The notes: generated by a model not told the origin, from the sequence alone. A stretch of DNA of 64,000 bases from a virus (IMGVR_UViG_3300010885_039212:1-64000), one strand, 5' to 3'. Positions 1-10,622 are shown, numbered from the stretch's first letter. Program-made: numbers and translations.

Positions 1-2
1 CT

Positions 3-401
3 ATTACTGGTTACGCAACTGGCAATACATATAAAGTTTCTGCCGTTACTGGTACTTCACCATCAGTAACTGGTTTCACACTAACTACTGAAGCAGCTGT
101 TGCAATTGTTACTACTGCTGGTACTTTAGTTGGTTTGACATATACAACTGAAACAGTTATCGATATTTCTGGTACTGGTAACAATGCTCAGTACTTTGAA
201 ATTCAAGCAACTGCTGATCAAGCTACTGCAACGGCATCATTGGGTTCTGGTGCTGGTGGTACTACTTTGACGCATGCTGGTTGGGTACGTCGCACTGTTG
301 GTACTGGTGGTCGTGCTGGTCGTATCAATCAAGAAGTCTTGGTAGCCATGGGTTCAATGACTGGCGATCAGGCTGACGATATCCAATATCCAGACGCTTA
401 A
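3..401 (+). CDS. 5'-truncated Thr/Gly-rich protein, probably virion structural
   Basis: Frame of the 135..401 ORF is open back to the window edge; T/G/A-rich beta-type composition. Confidence 0.5.
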   Translation: MTGYATGNTYKVSAVTGTSPSVTGFTLTTEAAVAIVTTAGTLVGLTYTTETVIDISGTGNNAQYFEIQATADQATATASLGSGAGGTTLTHAGWVRRTVGTGGRAGRINQEVLVAMGSMTGDQADDIQYPDA

Positions 402-451
402 TAAATAAGTGACGAGAGGAAATTATTCCTCTCTCTTTACAATGGAATATT

Positions 452-829
452 ATGTTAGAGAAGTTGACCGAAAGTAATTTTTTACTATATGCAATGCACA
501 ACTATGACAATCCACAGTGTCATAGTCTAGATGAGTTTCAAGAAGATTTAAAAAAGTTTTTATATCTGAAAAAACTCATCTCTCGTTATAAGAAAGATAA
601 TGAGTTGAGGGAAAGATTAATCCTCAACCACATTATCGTTCTGTATAATGTTTTCGGTGATGCAACAACTAATATGTTATTCTATAAGATAGATGAACAA
701 AGTTGGGATGTTTTAGTAACATTTTTGGTGTATCTAGAACGTATGCCAGAAGAGTTACCAAATTATGCTATAAAATTATCTAACATAAAGTTAGATGAAA
801 TAATAATTGCCAGTTTAAGGAAAATATGA
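452..829 (+). CDS. conserved T4-like phage hypothetical protein
   Basis: 125 aa ORF with ERLILNHIIVLYNVFG motif; preceded by late-promoter-like AATAAATA at 400. Confidence 0.7.
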   Translation: MLEKLTESNFLLYAMHNYDNPQCHSLDEFQEDLKKFLYLKKLISRYKKDNELRERLILNHIIVLYNVFGDATTNMLFYKIDEQSWDVLVTFLVYLERMPEELPNYAIKLSNIKLDEIIIASLRKI

Positions 830-1386
830 GTCGTCTCATAGACAATCTGATCGCTTATAAAATACTAAGCAAACTGATTCAACCATTTGATAGCACACCT
901 GCATTCAAATTAGGAATTATTGATGCGCATGGCAAGAATTTAATTAAACCATCTCAGTTTCACACATCGGTTCAGCAAGATGCTTATACATATCTTGATC
1001 GTTTAGTTTTCAATATGAAAAAAATTATTAATCGTCTTCCAGGTGGTGAGAGTAGATTGAAAAGTATGGTTGCTGCATTGTTTCTTATTAAAGAATATCA
1101 TGAACATAAAGGTAGTATTCCTTTAATGGAAACAAAATTCCTTAAAATTCTTGAGAAGATGAATAAAGAAAATGTTTGTTTAGTCGAAGAAGAGATTGTA
1201 ACAGTTAGATTTTTTGAAGGTAAACTCAATGAAGATGGTGTAGTTACAACTGGACCAGCCAATGTGACTGGTTCTGCAGTTTCAACAGACAAGCCAAAGA
1301 TTATGCCAAAAGACATTAAGAAGTACCAAAAGATGAACCGCAGACCAGCACCTTTATCGGTAGGTACTACAAGTGTGGCTTCTTAG
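826..1386 (+). CDS. conserved T4-like phage hypothetical protein
   Basis: 186 aa, ATGA-coupled to the previous gene, AFKLGIID motif. Confidence 0.65.
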   Translation: MSRLIDNLIAYKILSKLIQPFDSTPAFKLGIIDAHGKNLIKPSQFHTSVQQDAYTYLDRLVFNMKKIINRLPGGESRLKSMVAALFLIKEYHEHKGSIPLMETKFLKILEKMNKENVCLVEEEIVTVRFFEGKLNEDGVVTTGPANVTGSAVSTDKPKIMPKDIKKYQKMNRRPAPLSVGTTSVAS

Positions 1387-1825
1387 TTTCATACCCGATT
1401 CGATATTACATTTAGCAGTACTGGGAATTTTATTTTCTGGTATTGCTTTTTACATTTGTAGTTTTTTTGTTAAATTTATTCCACCATTCATTCCATATGC
1501 TGGTGGAATAAGAGTATTTGGAACTGTATTATTGATAGCTGGCGTATACTTTTATGGCAGTTATGATACAGAAATGTCATGGAGAACGAAAGTAGAAGAG
1601 GTTCAGGCTAAAGTTACCAAGGCTGAAGCCGAATCTAAAGTGTATAATAATAAACTTACAGAAGAACGTAAGAAGAAACAAAAGGTTCGTGTTGAGTATT
1701 ATACAACTGTGAAAGAACGAATTAAAGAAGTAGAAAAACAAATTGATGTTAAGTGTGAATTAGATCCTGCGGTTTCGCAAATACATAACACAGCAGCATC
1801 AAACCCAAGTAAAGGAACTAAATGA
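1373..1825 (+). CDS. putative inner-membrane spanin (Rz-like)
   Basis: N-terminal TM segments, coiled coil and a C-terminal Cys; coupled to a lipoprotein gene. Confidence 0.55.
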   Translation: MWLLSFIPDSILHLAVLGILFSGIAFYICSFFVKFIPPFIPYAGGIRVFGTVLLIAGVYFYGSYDTEMSWRTKVEEVQAKVTKAEAESKVYNNKLTEERKKKQKVRVEYYTTVKERIKEVEKQIDVKCELDPAVSQIHNTAASNPSKGTK

Positions 1826-2088
1826 AAGCAATACTTTTAGTTTCTGTTTTGTTATTGACTGGATGTGCAACAACAGTTCCAGTTACAGTGAAATTTCCTG
1901 ATGTGCCAAAGGAACTTCTTTCAGCATGTCCTGATTTAAATAAGGTCGATTCGACCACCACAAAACTAAGTGATATTTTGGATGTTGTTGTAGATAATTA
2001 TAAAACGTATTATGATTGTAAAGCGAATGTGGACGATTGGATAGAATGGTATAAAACACAAAAGACAATCTTCGAAAGCGTTAAGTAA
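1822..2088 (+). CDS. putative outer-membrane spanin lipoprotein (Rz1-like)
   Basis: Lipobox LTGC, Pro-rich segment, two further Cys. Confidence 0.65.
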   Translation: MKAILLVSVLLLTGCATTVPVTVKFPDVPKELLSACPDLNKVDSTTTKLSDILDVVVDNYKTYYDCKANVDDWIEWYKTQKTIFESVK

Positions 2089-2089
2089 A

Positions 2090-2425
2090 ATGGCAACACA
2101 AAAATTGGACAACGAGAGGATCGCTAAATTGGAAGCACAAATGGAAGATCTAAAGGTAGACGTAGCCGATGTTAAGTCAGACATCAAAGAACTACATTCA
2201 AGAATCACAACGACCACTCGTGAGATTACTGATCACATCGATGCAAAGATTGATGCGCTTGCAAAAGATGACAAAGCCCAGCATGATGTTATGTCAAAGA
2301 AAATTGATGGAATTAAAGATCGTGTAGATCTATTAGAAAAATGGCGTTATATGATTGTTGGTGGTGCAATTGCACTTGGTTATCTGATGGCTCACACAGA
2401 AGTGTTTACTAAATTCTTTAAATAA
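2090..2425 (+). CDS. coiled-coil protein with C-terminal TM helix (lysis-cassette associated)
   Basis: Heptad repeats, then WRYMIVGGAIALGYL. Confidence 0.55.
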   Translation: MATQKLDNERIAKLEAQMEDLKVDVADVKSDIKELHSRITTTTREITDHIDAKIDALAKDDKAQHDVMSKKIDGIKDRVDLLEKWRYMIVGGAIALGYLMAHTEVFTKFFK

Positions 2426-2477
2426 AATTTGCTTTGCAATACATTTTAGGGTATAATAGCTCTAAAGTGGAGTTATT

Positions 2478-3500
2478 ATGTTATACATTGATGCAAAATA
2501 TGCTAGTATCGTAGGATCACGTCTACGAAACTTTAAGCAAAAGAAAGATTATCTTTGGAACTATTCCTGCCCTGTTTGTGGAGATAGTTCTAAGAACAAA
2601 CTAAAGGCACGTGGCTTTATCTACAAAGCCAAGAATGATTTATTCGTTAAGTGTCACAACTGTGGTTATGGTACTAATCTTGGTAACTTTATCAAGTATG
2701 TTGACTCTCAACTTTATGATGAATATGTTTTGGAGCGTTATAAATCTGGCGCATCAAAATACAATGATCACAAAGACATTGCTGAAACCAATGTTGTCCT
2801 TACTCAAAGCAAACTTCTTGAAGATGATATATTGGATGGTCTAAAGAGATTAGACATCCTTGACGACGATCACCCTGCAGTTCAATATTTAATCGATCGA
2901 AAGATCCCACAAGATAAATGGGATCTTTTGTATTTTGCTCCGAAGTTTAAAGCGTATACAAACAATGTTACTCCAAAATTTGCAGAGCCAATTCAGGATG
3001 ACCATCCTAGAATGATTATTCCTTTCTTCACACCTGCAGGCAAATGTTTTGCTTATCAAGGCAGATCCTACGGTAAAGAAGAACCTAAGTATTATACCAT
3101 TAAAGTCGATGAGACACAGGAGAAAATTTATGGAATCGATCGTGTTGATTATAGTAAACGCATATACGTGGTTGAGGGACCAATTGATTCCTTATTTCTC
3201 CCGAATTGCATTGCTGTGTCAGGAGCAAGTTTTGATACCCCTACTATTCGTCAGTTATTGGTTAACGCAACGATTATAATGGACAATGAACCACGTAATA
3301 AAGAAATAGTAAAACAACTTGACAAATATATTGAATTAGGGTATAATGTTTGTATGTTTCCAGATAGTGTAAAAGAAAAAGACATTAATGAAATGATTCT
3401 TGCTGGTCGTTCATCTTATGAAATCCTAGAACTGATAAATACGAATACCACTTCGGGAATTGAGGCAAAATTGAAATTTAGTAATTGGAAGAAAATATGA
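2478..3500 (+). CDS. 61: DNA primase (T4 gp61-like)
   Basis: Zn-binding CPVCGDS and CHNCG; TOPRIM motifs VVEGPIDSLF, DNEPRN, KDINEM. Confidence 0.93.
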   Translation: MLYIDAKYASIVGSRLRNFKQKKDYLWNYSCPVCGDSSKNKLKARGFIYKAKNDLFVKCHNCGYGTNLGNFIKYVDSQLYDEYVLERYKSGASKYNDHKDIAETNVVLTQSKLLEDDILDGLKRLDILDDDHPAVQYLIDRKIPQDKWDLLYFAPKFKAYTNNVTPKFAEPIQDDHPRMIIPFFTPAGKCFAYQGRSYGKEEPKYYTIKVDETQEKIYGIDRVDYSKRIYVVEGPIDSLFLPNCIAVSGASFDTPTIRQLLVNATIIMDNEPRNKEIVKQLDKYIELGYNVCMFPDSVKEKDINEMILAGRSSYEILELINTNTTSGIEAKLKFSNWKKI

Positions 3501-4180
3501 AAGTGAAGTTGATCAGTAGCAGTAAACCATCCCGAGAACTTATTAGCGAAGGTTTATATGATGCGCAGGAGTTAATTGCTTTCTGTGCACGTGTTAGTAA
3601 TCCAAGCAATCAACTCAACACAGAGACATCAGAGAAGTTAATTAAATACCTAGTCAAGAATAAACATTGGTCACCTTTAGAGATGGTTAGTGTTTGTCTT
3701 GAAATCGAAACGACTCGTGATATAGCAAGGCAAATCTTACGTCATCGTTCATTTTCATTCCAAGAATTTAGTCAGCGATATGCTGACCCAACAAAAGATC
3801 TTTCATTCGAGTATAAAGAAGCACGAAGACAAGATAATAAAAATAGACAGAACAGTACAGAATTGGATTTAAATGTTGATGATGATCGTAGACTTGCATA
3901 TCAATGGGAAAATATGCAACGAAATATTATCGAGAACGCAAAACAGACATATGAATGGGCGATCAGTATGGGTATTGCTAAAGAACAAGCAAGAGCCGTA
4001 TTACCAGAGGGACTTACAGTTTCTCGTCTGTATATGAATGGAACATTACGTAGCTGGATACATTTCATTGAATTACGAAGTGCCAATGGCACTCAAAAAG
4101 AACACCAATTGGTAGCACTTGAATGTGCAAAAATTATTGCCGAAGTATTTCCTTTGGCTGAAGAATTAGTAAAAGAATAA
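3497..4180 (+). CDS. thyX: FAD-dependent thymidylate synthase
   Basis: RHRSFSFQEFSQRY ThyX signature, HWSPLE; ATG at 3497 overlaps the primase stop. Confidence 0.95.
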   Translation: MKVKLISSSKPSRELISEGLYDAQELIAFCARVSNPSNQLNTETSEKLIKYLVKNKHWSPLEMVSVCLEIETTRDIARQILRHRSFSFQEFSQRYADPTKDLSFEYKEARRQDNKNRQNSTELDLNVDDDRRLAYQWENMQRNIIENAKQTYEWAISMGIAKEQARAVLPEGLTVSRLYMNGTLRSWIHFIELRSANGTQKEHQLVALECAKIIAEVFPLAEELVKE

Positions 4181-4191
4181 CTGGAGTAAGT

Positions 4192-6000
4192 ATGCAAGAG
4201 ATTGTGCATGGGATAAGGGTAGATTACACACGAGATAATTTGTTTGACGAACTAGGAAAGATAAGATTACGAGAAAGTTATATGCAAGATGAAGAAGTAA
4301 GCCCACAAGAAAGGTTTGCTTTTGTTTCAAAATCATTTGGCTCCAACCCAGAACATGCGCAACGACTATATGAATATTCCTCTAATCATTGGCTCTCTTA
4401 TTCTACTCCCATTCTTTCTTTTGGTCGCAGTAAGCGTGGTTTGCCTATATCATGTTTCCTTAATTATATTGAAGATACAGCAGAAGGTTTAGTTGATAAC
4501 TTATCTGAAACAAATTGGCTCTCGATGTTGGGAGGCGGTGTCGGCATTGGGTTCGGTATTCGCAGTGCTGATGATAAGTCTACTGGTGTTATGCCTCATC
4601 TTAAAATGTACGATGCTTCTTCTTTGGCTTATCGTCAAGGTAGGACTCGCAGAGGAAGTTATGCTGCTTACCTTGACATTTCTCATCCTGATCTTATTAA
4701 TTTTCTTGAGATGAGAAAGCCAACTGGCGATCAAAACATGCGTTGTTTAAATCTACACCATGGCTTGAATATTCCAGATTCCTTTATGGAAATCATCGAA
4801 AGATGTATGCTTGATCCAGAAGCAGATGACTCTTGGGATTTAGTTGATCCGCATTCAAAAGAAGTTCGTGAAACAGTTTCAGCGAAAGAATTGTGGCAAC
4901 GTGTTCTTGAGATGAGAATGATGACTGGTGAACCATACCTACACTTTATCGATGAATCAAATCGTCAAATGCCAAAGTGGTTAAAAGATCAAGGATTGCG
5001 TATTAATCAATCTAATCTTTGTTCTGAAATTATTTTACCAACTAATGAAGAAAGAACTGCTGTATGTTGTTTATCATCTTTAAATTTAGAGTACTATGAT
5101 GAGTGGAAAGACCATCCTACTTTCCTTCGTGATATTGCTGAAATGCTTGACAATGTTCTTCAGTATTTTATTGATAATGCACCTTCCGCCATTGAACGTG
5201 CAAGGTATAGTGCCAGTCGTGAGCGCAGTATTGGTATCGGTGCTTTGGGTTGGCATGCTTATCTACAACGAAATAACTTGCCATGGGAATCTTCCCAAGC
5301 AGTCGGAAGAAACAAACAAATCTTTAGGACTATCAGAGAGAAATTAAATGAAGCAAATTTACAACTGGGTACAGAGCGTGGAGAAGCACCAGATGCTGTT
5401 GGCACTGGACTTCGCTTTAGTCATCTTATGGCTATTGCTCCCAATGCTTCTTCTTCCATTCTTATGGGCAATACTAGTCCTAGCATTGAACCTTATCGTG
5501 CCAATGCGTATAGACAAGATACTCTCTCGGGTTCTCACCTGAATAAGAATCGTTGGTTAGATAAAGTTATTCAAGATTATTTGTCTAGTGATAGTGGAAC
5601 AGTATCACAAAATGATTATAACGATATTTGGTCTTCAATTATTGCCAATGATGGATCTGTTCAACACTTGACCTGGATGGATGAATGGACAAAAGATGTA
5701 TTCAAGACTTCAATGGAGATTGACCAGCGTTGGGTAATTCAGCATGCTGCAGATCGTCAAGAATATATTGACCAAGCACAATCATTGAATGTTTTCTTTA
5801 GACCAGACAGTAATATCAAATACATTCATGCTGTTCACTTTATGGCATGGAAATTAAAATTGAAAACGATGTATTACTGTCGTAGCGATAAAATCGCAAA
5901 GGCAGATAAAGTATCAAAACGTATTGAACGTGAAGTTATTAAAGAAATCGATCTTATTGCCATGGCTGCAGGTAATGAGTGTTTAGCATGCGAGGGATAA
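4192..6000 (+). CDS. nrdA: ribonucleotide reductase class Ia alpha subunit
   Basis: PISCF, NLCSEI, CCLSSLN, APNASSS, C-terminal CLACEG; no intein seen. Confidence 0.95.
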   Translation: MQEIVHGIRVDYTRDNLFDELGKIRLRESYMQDEEVSPQERFAFVSKSFGSNPEHAQRLYEYSSNHWLSYSTPILSFGRSKRGLPISCFLNYIEDTAEGLVDNLSETNWLSMLGGGVGIGFGIRSADDKSTGVMPHLKMYDASSLAYRQGRTRRGSYAAYLDISHPDLINFLEMRKPTGDQNMRCLNLHHGLNIPDSFMEIIERCMLDPEADDSWDLVDPHSKEVRETVSAKELWQRVLEMRMMTGEPYLHFIDESNRQMPKWLKDQGLRINQSNLCSEIILPTNEERTAVCCLSSLNLEYYDEWKDHPTFLRDIAEMLDNVLQYFIDNAPSAIERARYSASRERSIGIGALGWHAYLQRNNLPWESSQAVGRNKQIFRTIREKLNEANLQLGTERGEAPDAVGTGLRFSHLMAIAPNASSSILMGNTSPSIEPYRANAYRQDTLSGSHLNKNRWLDKVIQDYLSSDSGTVSQNDYNDIWSSIIANDGSVQHLTWMDEWTKDVFKTSMEIDQRWVIQHAADRQEYIDQAQSLNVFFRPDSNIKYIHAVHFMAWKLKLKTMYYCRSDKIAKADKVSKRIEREVIKEIDLIAMAAGNECLACEG

Positions 6001-6053
6001 TACCTCAAATTGGTGATATAGAATAGGATTTGTATTAAAAAACAAGGAATAGA

Positions 6054-7046
6054 ATGTTAGCAAAAACTAAAACAAGACTTACAGATCAACGTAATTATTT
6101 TAAACCATTCAACTATCCATGGGCATATGATGCATGGTTGAAACACGAACAAGCACATTGGCTTCATTCAGAAGTACCGATGGCTGAAGATGTAAAAGAC
6201 TGGAAAAAAAGGTTAACCAATGAAGAAAAACAATTTCTCACCAATATCTTTCGTTTCTTTACTCAAGGAGATATTGATGTTGCGGGTGGCTATGTTAATA
6301 ATTATCTACCTTACTTTCCGCAGCCAGAAATACGAATGATGCTAATGGGATTTGCGGCACGTGAAGCATTACACATTGCTGCATATTCTCATCTGATTGA
6401 AACTCTTGGTCTTCCAGAATCTACTTACAATCAGTTTCTTGAGTATCAGGAAATGAAAGATAAACATGATTATGTAACAGATCTATCAAGTAAGAATGGT
6501 ACTTTAGAGTCAACTGCAACCCACATTGCCGTGTTCAGTGCTTTCACTGAAGGGATGCAGTTGTTCTCTTCATTTATTATGTTACTTAACTTTCCTCGCC
6601 ATGGTCTTATGAAAGGTATGGGGCAGATTGTTACTTGGTCTATTGTTGATGAAACAATGCATGCTGAATCAATGATTCGTCTATTCAAAGAATTTATCAA
6701 AGAAAACAATGAAATTTGGAATGATGAATTGAAAGGTAAAATTTATACAATCGCTGAAAAGATGGTTGAACTTGAAGATAAATTTATTGATTTATCTTTT
6801 GCAAACGCTGATATGAGAGAGTTAACTGCAGAAGATGTTAAAAAGTATATTCGTTATATTGCTGATCGCAGATTGATCAGTCTTGGTATGAAAGGTATTT
6901 TTAAAGTTAAAAAGAATCCTCTTCCATGGGTCGAAGAAATGATTAATGCACCAGTGCATGGTAACTTCTTTGAGAATAGAGTTACCGATTATGCTAAAGG
7001 TGCATTAGGTGGTTCATGGAGTGATGTTTGGGCAAAGGCATCATAA
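6054..7046 (+). CDS. nrdB: ribonucleotide reductase class Ia beta subunit
   Basis: Diiron motifs EALH and DETMH, NFFENRVTDY tail. Confidence 0.95.
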   Translation: MLAKTKTRLTDQRNYFKPFNYPWAYDAWLKHEQAHWLHSEVPMAEDVKDWKKRLTNEEKQFLTNIFRFFTQGDIDVAGGYVNNYLPYFPQPEIRMMLMGFAAREALHIAAYSHLIETLGLPESTYNQFLEYQEMKDKHDYVTDLSSKNGTLESTATHIAVFSAFTEGMQLFSSFIMLLNFPRHGLMKGMGQIVTWSIVDETMHAESMIRLFKEFIKENNEIWNDELKGKIYTIAEKMVELEDKFIDLSFANADMRELTAEDVKKYIRYIADRRLISLGMKGIFKVKKNPLPWVEEMINAPVHGNFFENRVTDYAKGALGGSWSDVWAKAS

Positions 7047-7195
7047 TGGTTACCAAAGTATTTGAGTGCGAGCACTGTGGTTCTCATGGAAAGATCGTTA
7101 TTAAAGGCGACGATCAAAGGTATGAGGATATAGTATATTGTCCAATTTGTTCAGGTGATATATACGAAGAAGAGGACTTCGAAGAAGAGGAATAA
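7046..7195 (+). CDS. small zinc-ribbon protein with acidic tail (49 aa; not in ORF track)
   Basis: MVTKVFECEHCGSHG...YCPICSGDIYEEEDFEEEE; two CxxC; TAATG-coupled to nrdB. Confidence 0.7.
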   Translation: MVTKVFECEHCGSHGKIVIKGDDQRYEDIVYCPICSGDIYEEEDFEEEE

Positions 7196-7224
7196 ATAGT
7201 TCAGTGTCACACTGGATTATTTAA

Positions 7225-7650
7225 ATGTGGATTTTTGAAAACGAAGTTATTGAACAACTGCCTGAAGATTGTATAGGATTCGTGTATTTGATCACATCCA
7301 ATCTTACAGGCAGAAAATATATTGGTAAGAAATTGGCGAAGTTTTCAAAAACTACATATAAGACAGTTAAGTTAAAGAACGGCACAAAGAAGAAAAAAAA
7401 GATCAGAAGTAAAATAGATTCTGATTGGATGGAATATTATGGATCAAGCATTGAATTAAATAAAGATGTTGAGACCTACGGAAAAGAAAACTTTACTAGG
7501 GAAATTTTATATTTTTGCAAATCTAAAGCTGAATGTAGTTATATTGAAGCCAGAGAACAATTTTCAAGGAGAGTATTAGAATCAACTGAATACTATAATG
7601 GACAAATATCTGTTCGTGTTCATGGTTCTCATATTATAAACAAATTATGA
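7225..7650 (+). CDS. GIY-YIG family endonuclease
   Basis: GFVYLIT...YIGKK, YYGSS, YYN motifs. Confidence 0.75.
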   Translation: MWIFENEVIEQLPEDCIGFVYLITSNLTGRKYIGKKLAKFSKTTYKTVKLKNGTKKKKKIRSKIDSDWMEYYGSSIELNKDVETYGKENFTREILYFCKSKAECSYIEAREQFSRRVLESTEYYNGQISVRVHGSHIINKL

Positions 7651-8762
7651 CATATCTACTATTCGCTTGCGCACTGTCTTTATCTTCAGTTGCCGCATAC
7701 TATTCTATTATGGGTCTTGTTGCTATTTTTGCATCGGCACCCATCCCGATCTTTATCATGGGCAGTCTGCTTGAAGCATCTAAATTGGTAGTTGCTTCAT
7801 GGTTGTATCGTTCATGGAAAGAAGTACCAATGCTAATGAAATCTTATTTCACAATGGCTCTGGTAGTTTTGATGATACTCACCTCAATGGGTATTTTTGG
7901 TTATCTATCGAAAGCGCATTTAGATCAGGCAATCCCGTCTGGAGATGTTGCTGCGAAATTATCACTCATTGATGAGAAAATTAAAACCGAAAAGGAGAAC
8001 TTAAATGCCAGCCGTAAAGAACTTAATCAATTGGATGTTCAAGTCGATCAAACCATCAGTCGAACCACCGAAGCCAGTGGAGCAGAGCGAGCCATTGCCA
8101 TCCGCAGAGGTCAGCAAAGAGATCGTGCCAGAATCCTTACCGAAATCGGAACCACGCAAACCAAGATCGCCAAACTCAACGAAGAACGTGCGCCAATCGC
8201 CAGCGAAGTCCGTAAAGTCGAAGCCGAAGTCGGTCCAATAAAATATATTGCAGCATTGCTATATGGAGATAACCCAGAAACGGATGTTCTAGAAAAAGCA
8301 GTTCGCTGGGTTATCATTATGATTGTTATGGTATTTGATCCATTGGCAGTTTTAATGTTAGTTGCTGGAAACTGGCAGTTAAAACAAATCAAAGTAGAAC
8401 CAGAATACATACCTACCATAAAAGAGTTAGATACAGATGTTGTTGAAAAACCAACTGAAGAAGAAAATATTGTTACACCAATTGTTTCAGAAAATCCTAA
8501 CATTTCAATTTGGGAAAAGTTTACAGATAAACTGAAAATAAATCAATCTTTCACTAAAACTGCAGATCCAATACCAGAAGAAACAAAAAAAATCATTACA
8601 GAATTTTTTCAAAAAGAAGAAGCGAAACTAAAGCCAATTGAGTTCGATTCTGCTGGCAGAAGAATTACTCCATACAGTGAAGAAGAATTAAAAGCGATGG
8701 CGAATGCAAAAACCATCGAAATTGAAGTAGAAGACTTGCAAAGACCCCAAAACCCTAAATAG
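7647..8762 (+). CDS. multi-pass membrane protein with coiled coil
   Basis: Three N-terminal TM segments, GIFGYLSKAH, VGPIKY, FDPLAV. Confidence 0.65.
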   Translation: MTYLLFACALSLSSVAAYYSIMGLVAIFASAPIPIFIMGSLLEASKLVVASWLYRSWKEVPMLMKSYFTMALVVLMILTSMGIFGYLSKAHLDQAIPSGDVAAKLSLIDEKIKTEKENLNASRKELNQLDVQVDQTISRTTEASGAERAIAIRRGQQRDRARILTEIGTTQTKIAKLNEERAPIASEVRKVEAEVGPIKYIAALLYGDNPETDVLEKAVRWVIIMIVMVFDPLAVLMLVAGNWQLKQIKVEPEYIPTIKELDTDVVEKPTEEENIVTPIVSENPNISIWEKFTDKLKINQSFTKTADPIPEETKKIITEFFQKEEAKLKPIEFDSAGRRITPYSEEELKAMANAKTIEIEVEDLQRPQNPK

Positions 8763-8791
8763 TTTTATAGATTAACTACTATGGAACTAAA

Positions 8792-9322
8792 ATGGAAGCA
8801 CCAAAACCTCTTTCTCGTTCTGAGAAAGAAGCAAAAATCAAAGATAAGGCTGGCTGGGTAATTACAGTACTTGCTGCATTACTCGCTATCAACACACTTG
8901 TTGGTGGAAGTAATTCCAGTAAAATCCTAAACAATACCATTGCAGCGAATGATACTTGGTCGTTTTATCAAGCGAAAAGTATCAAACAAACTGCATATGA
9001 GTTAGCAGCACTTCAAACCACAAATAAAGAACTTGCCGTAAAGTGGAAGGCTAAAGCTGATTCTTATGAATCCGATCCAGTATCTGGAGAAGGTAAAAAA
9101 GAATTGATGGCTAAAGCAAAGAAACTAGAAGCAGAAAGAGCAGACGCTAAATTGCGTTCACCATGGTATACCTATGCTGGTTCTTTATATCAAATTGCCA
9201 TTGTTTTATTAACTGCAAGTATTTTAGCAGTTAACATGAGACTATTCTGGGCAAGTATCGTAGTTGGTTCTGTTGCTATTGCTTCAATGGCACAAGCACT
9301 TTGGTTGTTGTTGCCTTTGTAA
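8792..9322 (+). CDS. DUF4337-like membrane protein
   Basis: NDTWSFYQAKSIKQ and QIAIVL motifs, three TM segments. Confidence 0.7.
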   Translation: MEAPKPLSRSEKEAKIKDKAGWVITVLAALLAINTLVGGSNSSKILNNTIAANDTWSFYQAKSIKQTAYELAALQTTNKELAVKWKAKADSYESDPVSGEGKKELMAKAKKLEAERADAKLRSPWYTYAGSLYQIAIVLLTASILAVNMRLFWASIVVGSVAIASMAQALWLLLPL

Positions 9323-9337
9323 TTATGGATATTAAAA

Positions 9338-10051
9338 ATGGCGACAAAGAAACCTGTGGTAAAGACCACACCAGTGAAAAGAACGCCAGCGAAAAAACAG
9401 GTTGCGAAAAGACCTGTTAAGAAAATTACTACTCCACCTATAGAATTCAAAAAACCTGATTCTATGGTTGATAAAGCCATCGACCTAGTCAAATGGGTCG
9501 ATACACCATTTAAATTATTTGAAGTTATCATCCTTGCATGTGTATTCTTTTTTGGATACTTTGCATGGGATTCTCGTCAGGTGATTCTTACATCAATTAC
9601 AAATAACACACATAAGTCTGCATTACGTGAAGTGCCTGCGTTAGAAAAAATTGCGCAAAGTGTTATGAAAGATTTGGAAGCTGAAACTATTGTTGTTCAT
9701 AAAGCCAATCTTGTAATTAATAATAGAACTACATTAGTTGCATATGGACCAAAGGGTCGTGAGACTGCCTTTGATGGTTATAATTCTACACTATTCAATA
9801 AAGATCCTGTTCGCAATGCTGCTATGATTGCGATGATGAATGGAGAAGTTTATTGCTCTAAACAAGAAGTAACTGGAAAAACTTCTGACTGGGAACGTGC
9901 GAATGGTGTAAATTTTGCCTGTTGGGCATCTATCCCACCTGAGATCGGTGAATTCGAAGGTTATATTTCAGTGGGTTTTTCCAAAGAGCCATCTGATCTA
10001 TCAGTTGTTAAGACCAGAATGAATCTGGCATCTACGGAAATGGCGAAATGA
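9338..10051 (+). CDS. putative T4 gpT-like holin (single TM plus periplasmic GAF-like domain)
   Basis: Basic N-terminus, one TM, then a domain with motifs resembling T4 T (LVAYG, MNGEVY, GYISVGF). Confidence 0.45.
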   Translation: MATKKPVVKTTPVKRTPAKKQVAKRPVKKITTPPIEFKKPDSMVDKAIDLVKWVDTPFKLFEVIILACVFFFGYFAWDSRQVILTSITNNTHKSALREVPALEKIAQSVMKDLEAETIVVHKANLVINNRTTLVAYGPKGRETAFDGYNSTLFNKDPVRNAAMIAMMNGEVYCSKQEVTGKTSDWERANGVNFACWASIPPEIGEFEGYISVGFSKEPSDLSVVKTRMNLASTEMAK

Positions 10052-10377
10052 AATGGATAGTAATTTTATTATCATTTCTGAGTGTATCGAGTTTAAGTCA
10101 AGAGTGCGATGATTGCATAGGTAAACTTATAAAAACAGATAACAGAACTTGTTCGGTATCTAATTTTTATAATATTGCATATTCAATACATGATCCTGGT
10201 TTACGACACCAACAACTATCATTATGGTTGACAACAAATGGAGACAAGTGTGATAGTAAACAACTTGTCTTAATTTGGAATCGTCTTGCTGAATGGGCAG
10301 GTGCATCTGACTCAGCTGAATTGCGAGGAAAACTTCTTTATTATTTTTCTAGGGCTGAAGAGCGAGAAAGAAAATAA
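10048..10377 (+). CDS. secreted Cys-containing protein
   Basis: Signal peptide MKWIVILLSFLSVSSLS; ATGA-coupled to the previous gene. Confidence 0.55.
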   Translation: MKWIVILLSFLSVSSLSQECDDCIGKLIKTDNRTCSVSNFYNIAYSIHDPGLRHQQLSLWLTTNGDKCDSKQLVLIWNRLAEWAGASDSAELRGKLLYYFSRAEERERK

Positions 10378-10622
10378 TGGATATTGTAAATTGCCCAATA
10401 ACATGGGCACCAATTATCCCACCAGATTATGCACCAGTTGACGCCATTCTCGCAACAGTCCACGCTAGGAAGACGCACGCTGATTATGAAGCCACATTAA
10501 AACAAGCTAAAGAACAACAAGGATTAAACGATTTTAAGTACGAGTTATATTTAAAAAAAGCGCATGAGAATGACATACGTATGGAAATATTTCAACTCGG
10601 TAGTATTGATGTTTATGTTTAA
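10377..10622 (+). CDS. hypothetical protein
   Basis: 81 aa, coupled to the previous stop. Confidence 0.5.
   Translation: MDIVNCPITWAPIIPPDYAPVDAILATVHARKTHADYEATLKQAKEQQGLNDFKYELYLKKAHENDIRMEIFQLGSIDVYV

Noticed and set aside
4192-7650. Intron or intein in nrdA/nrdB served by the GIY-YIG gene
   Set aside because: Both genes are continuous and of normal length; the nuclease is free-standing.
7980-8503. Overlapping ORFs in a GC-richer part of 7647-8762
   Set aside because: Explained by coiled-coil codon usage; no RBS support.
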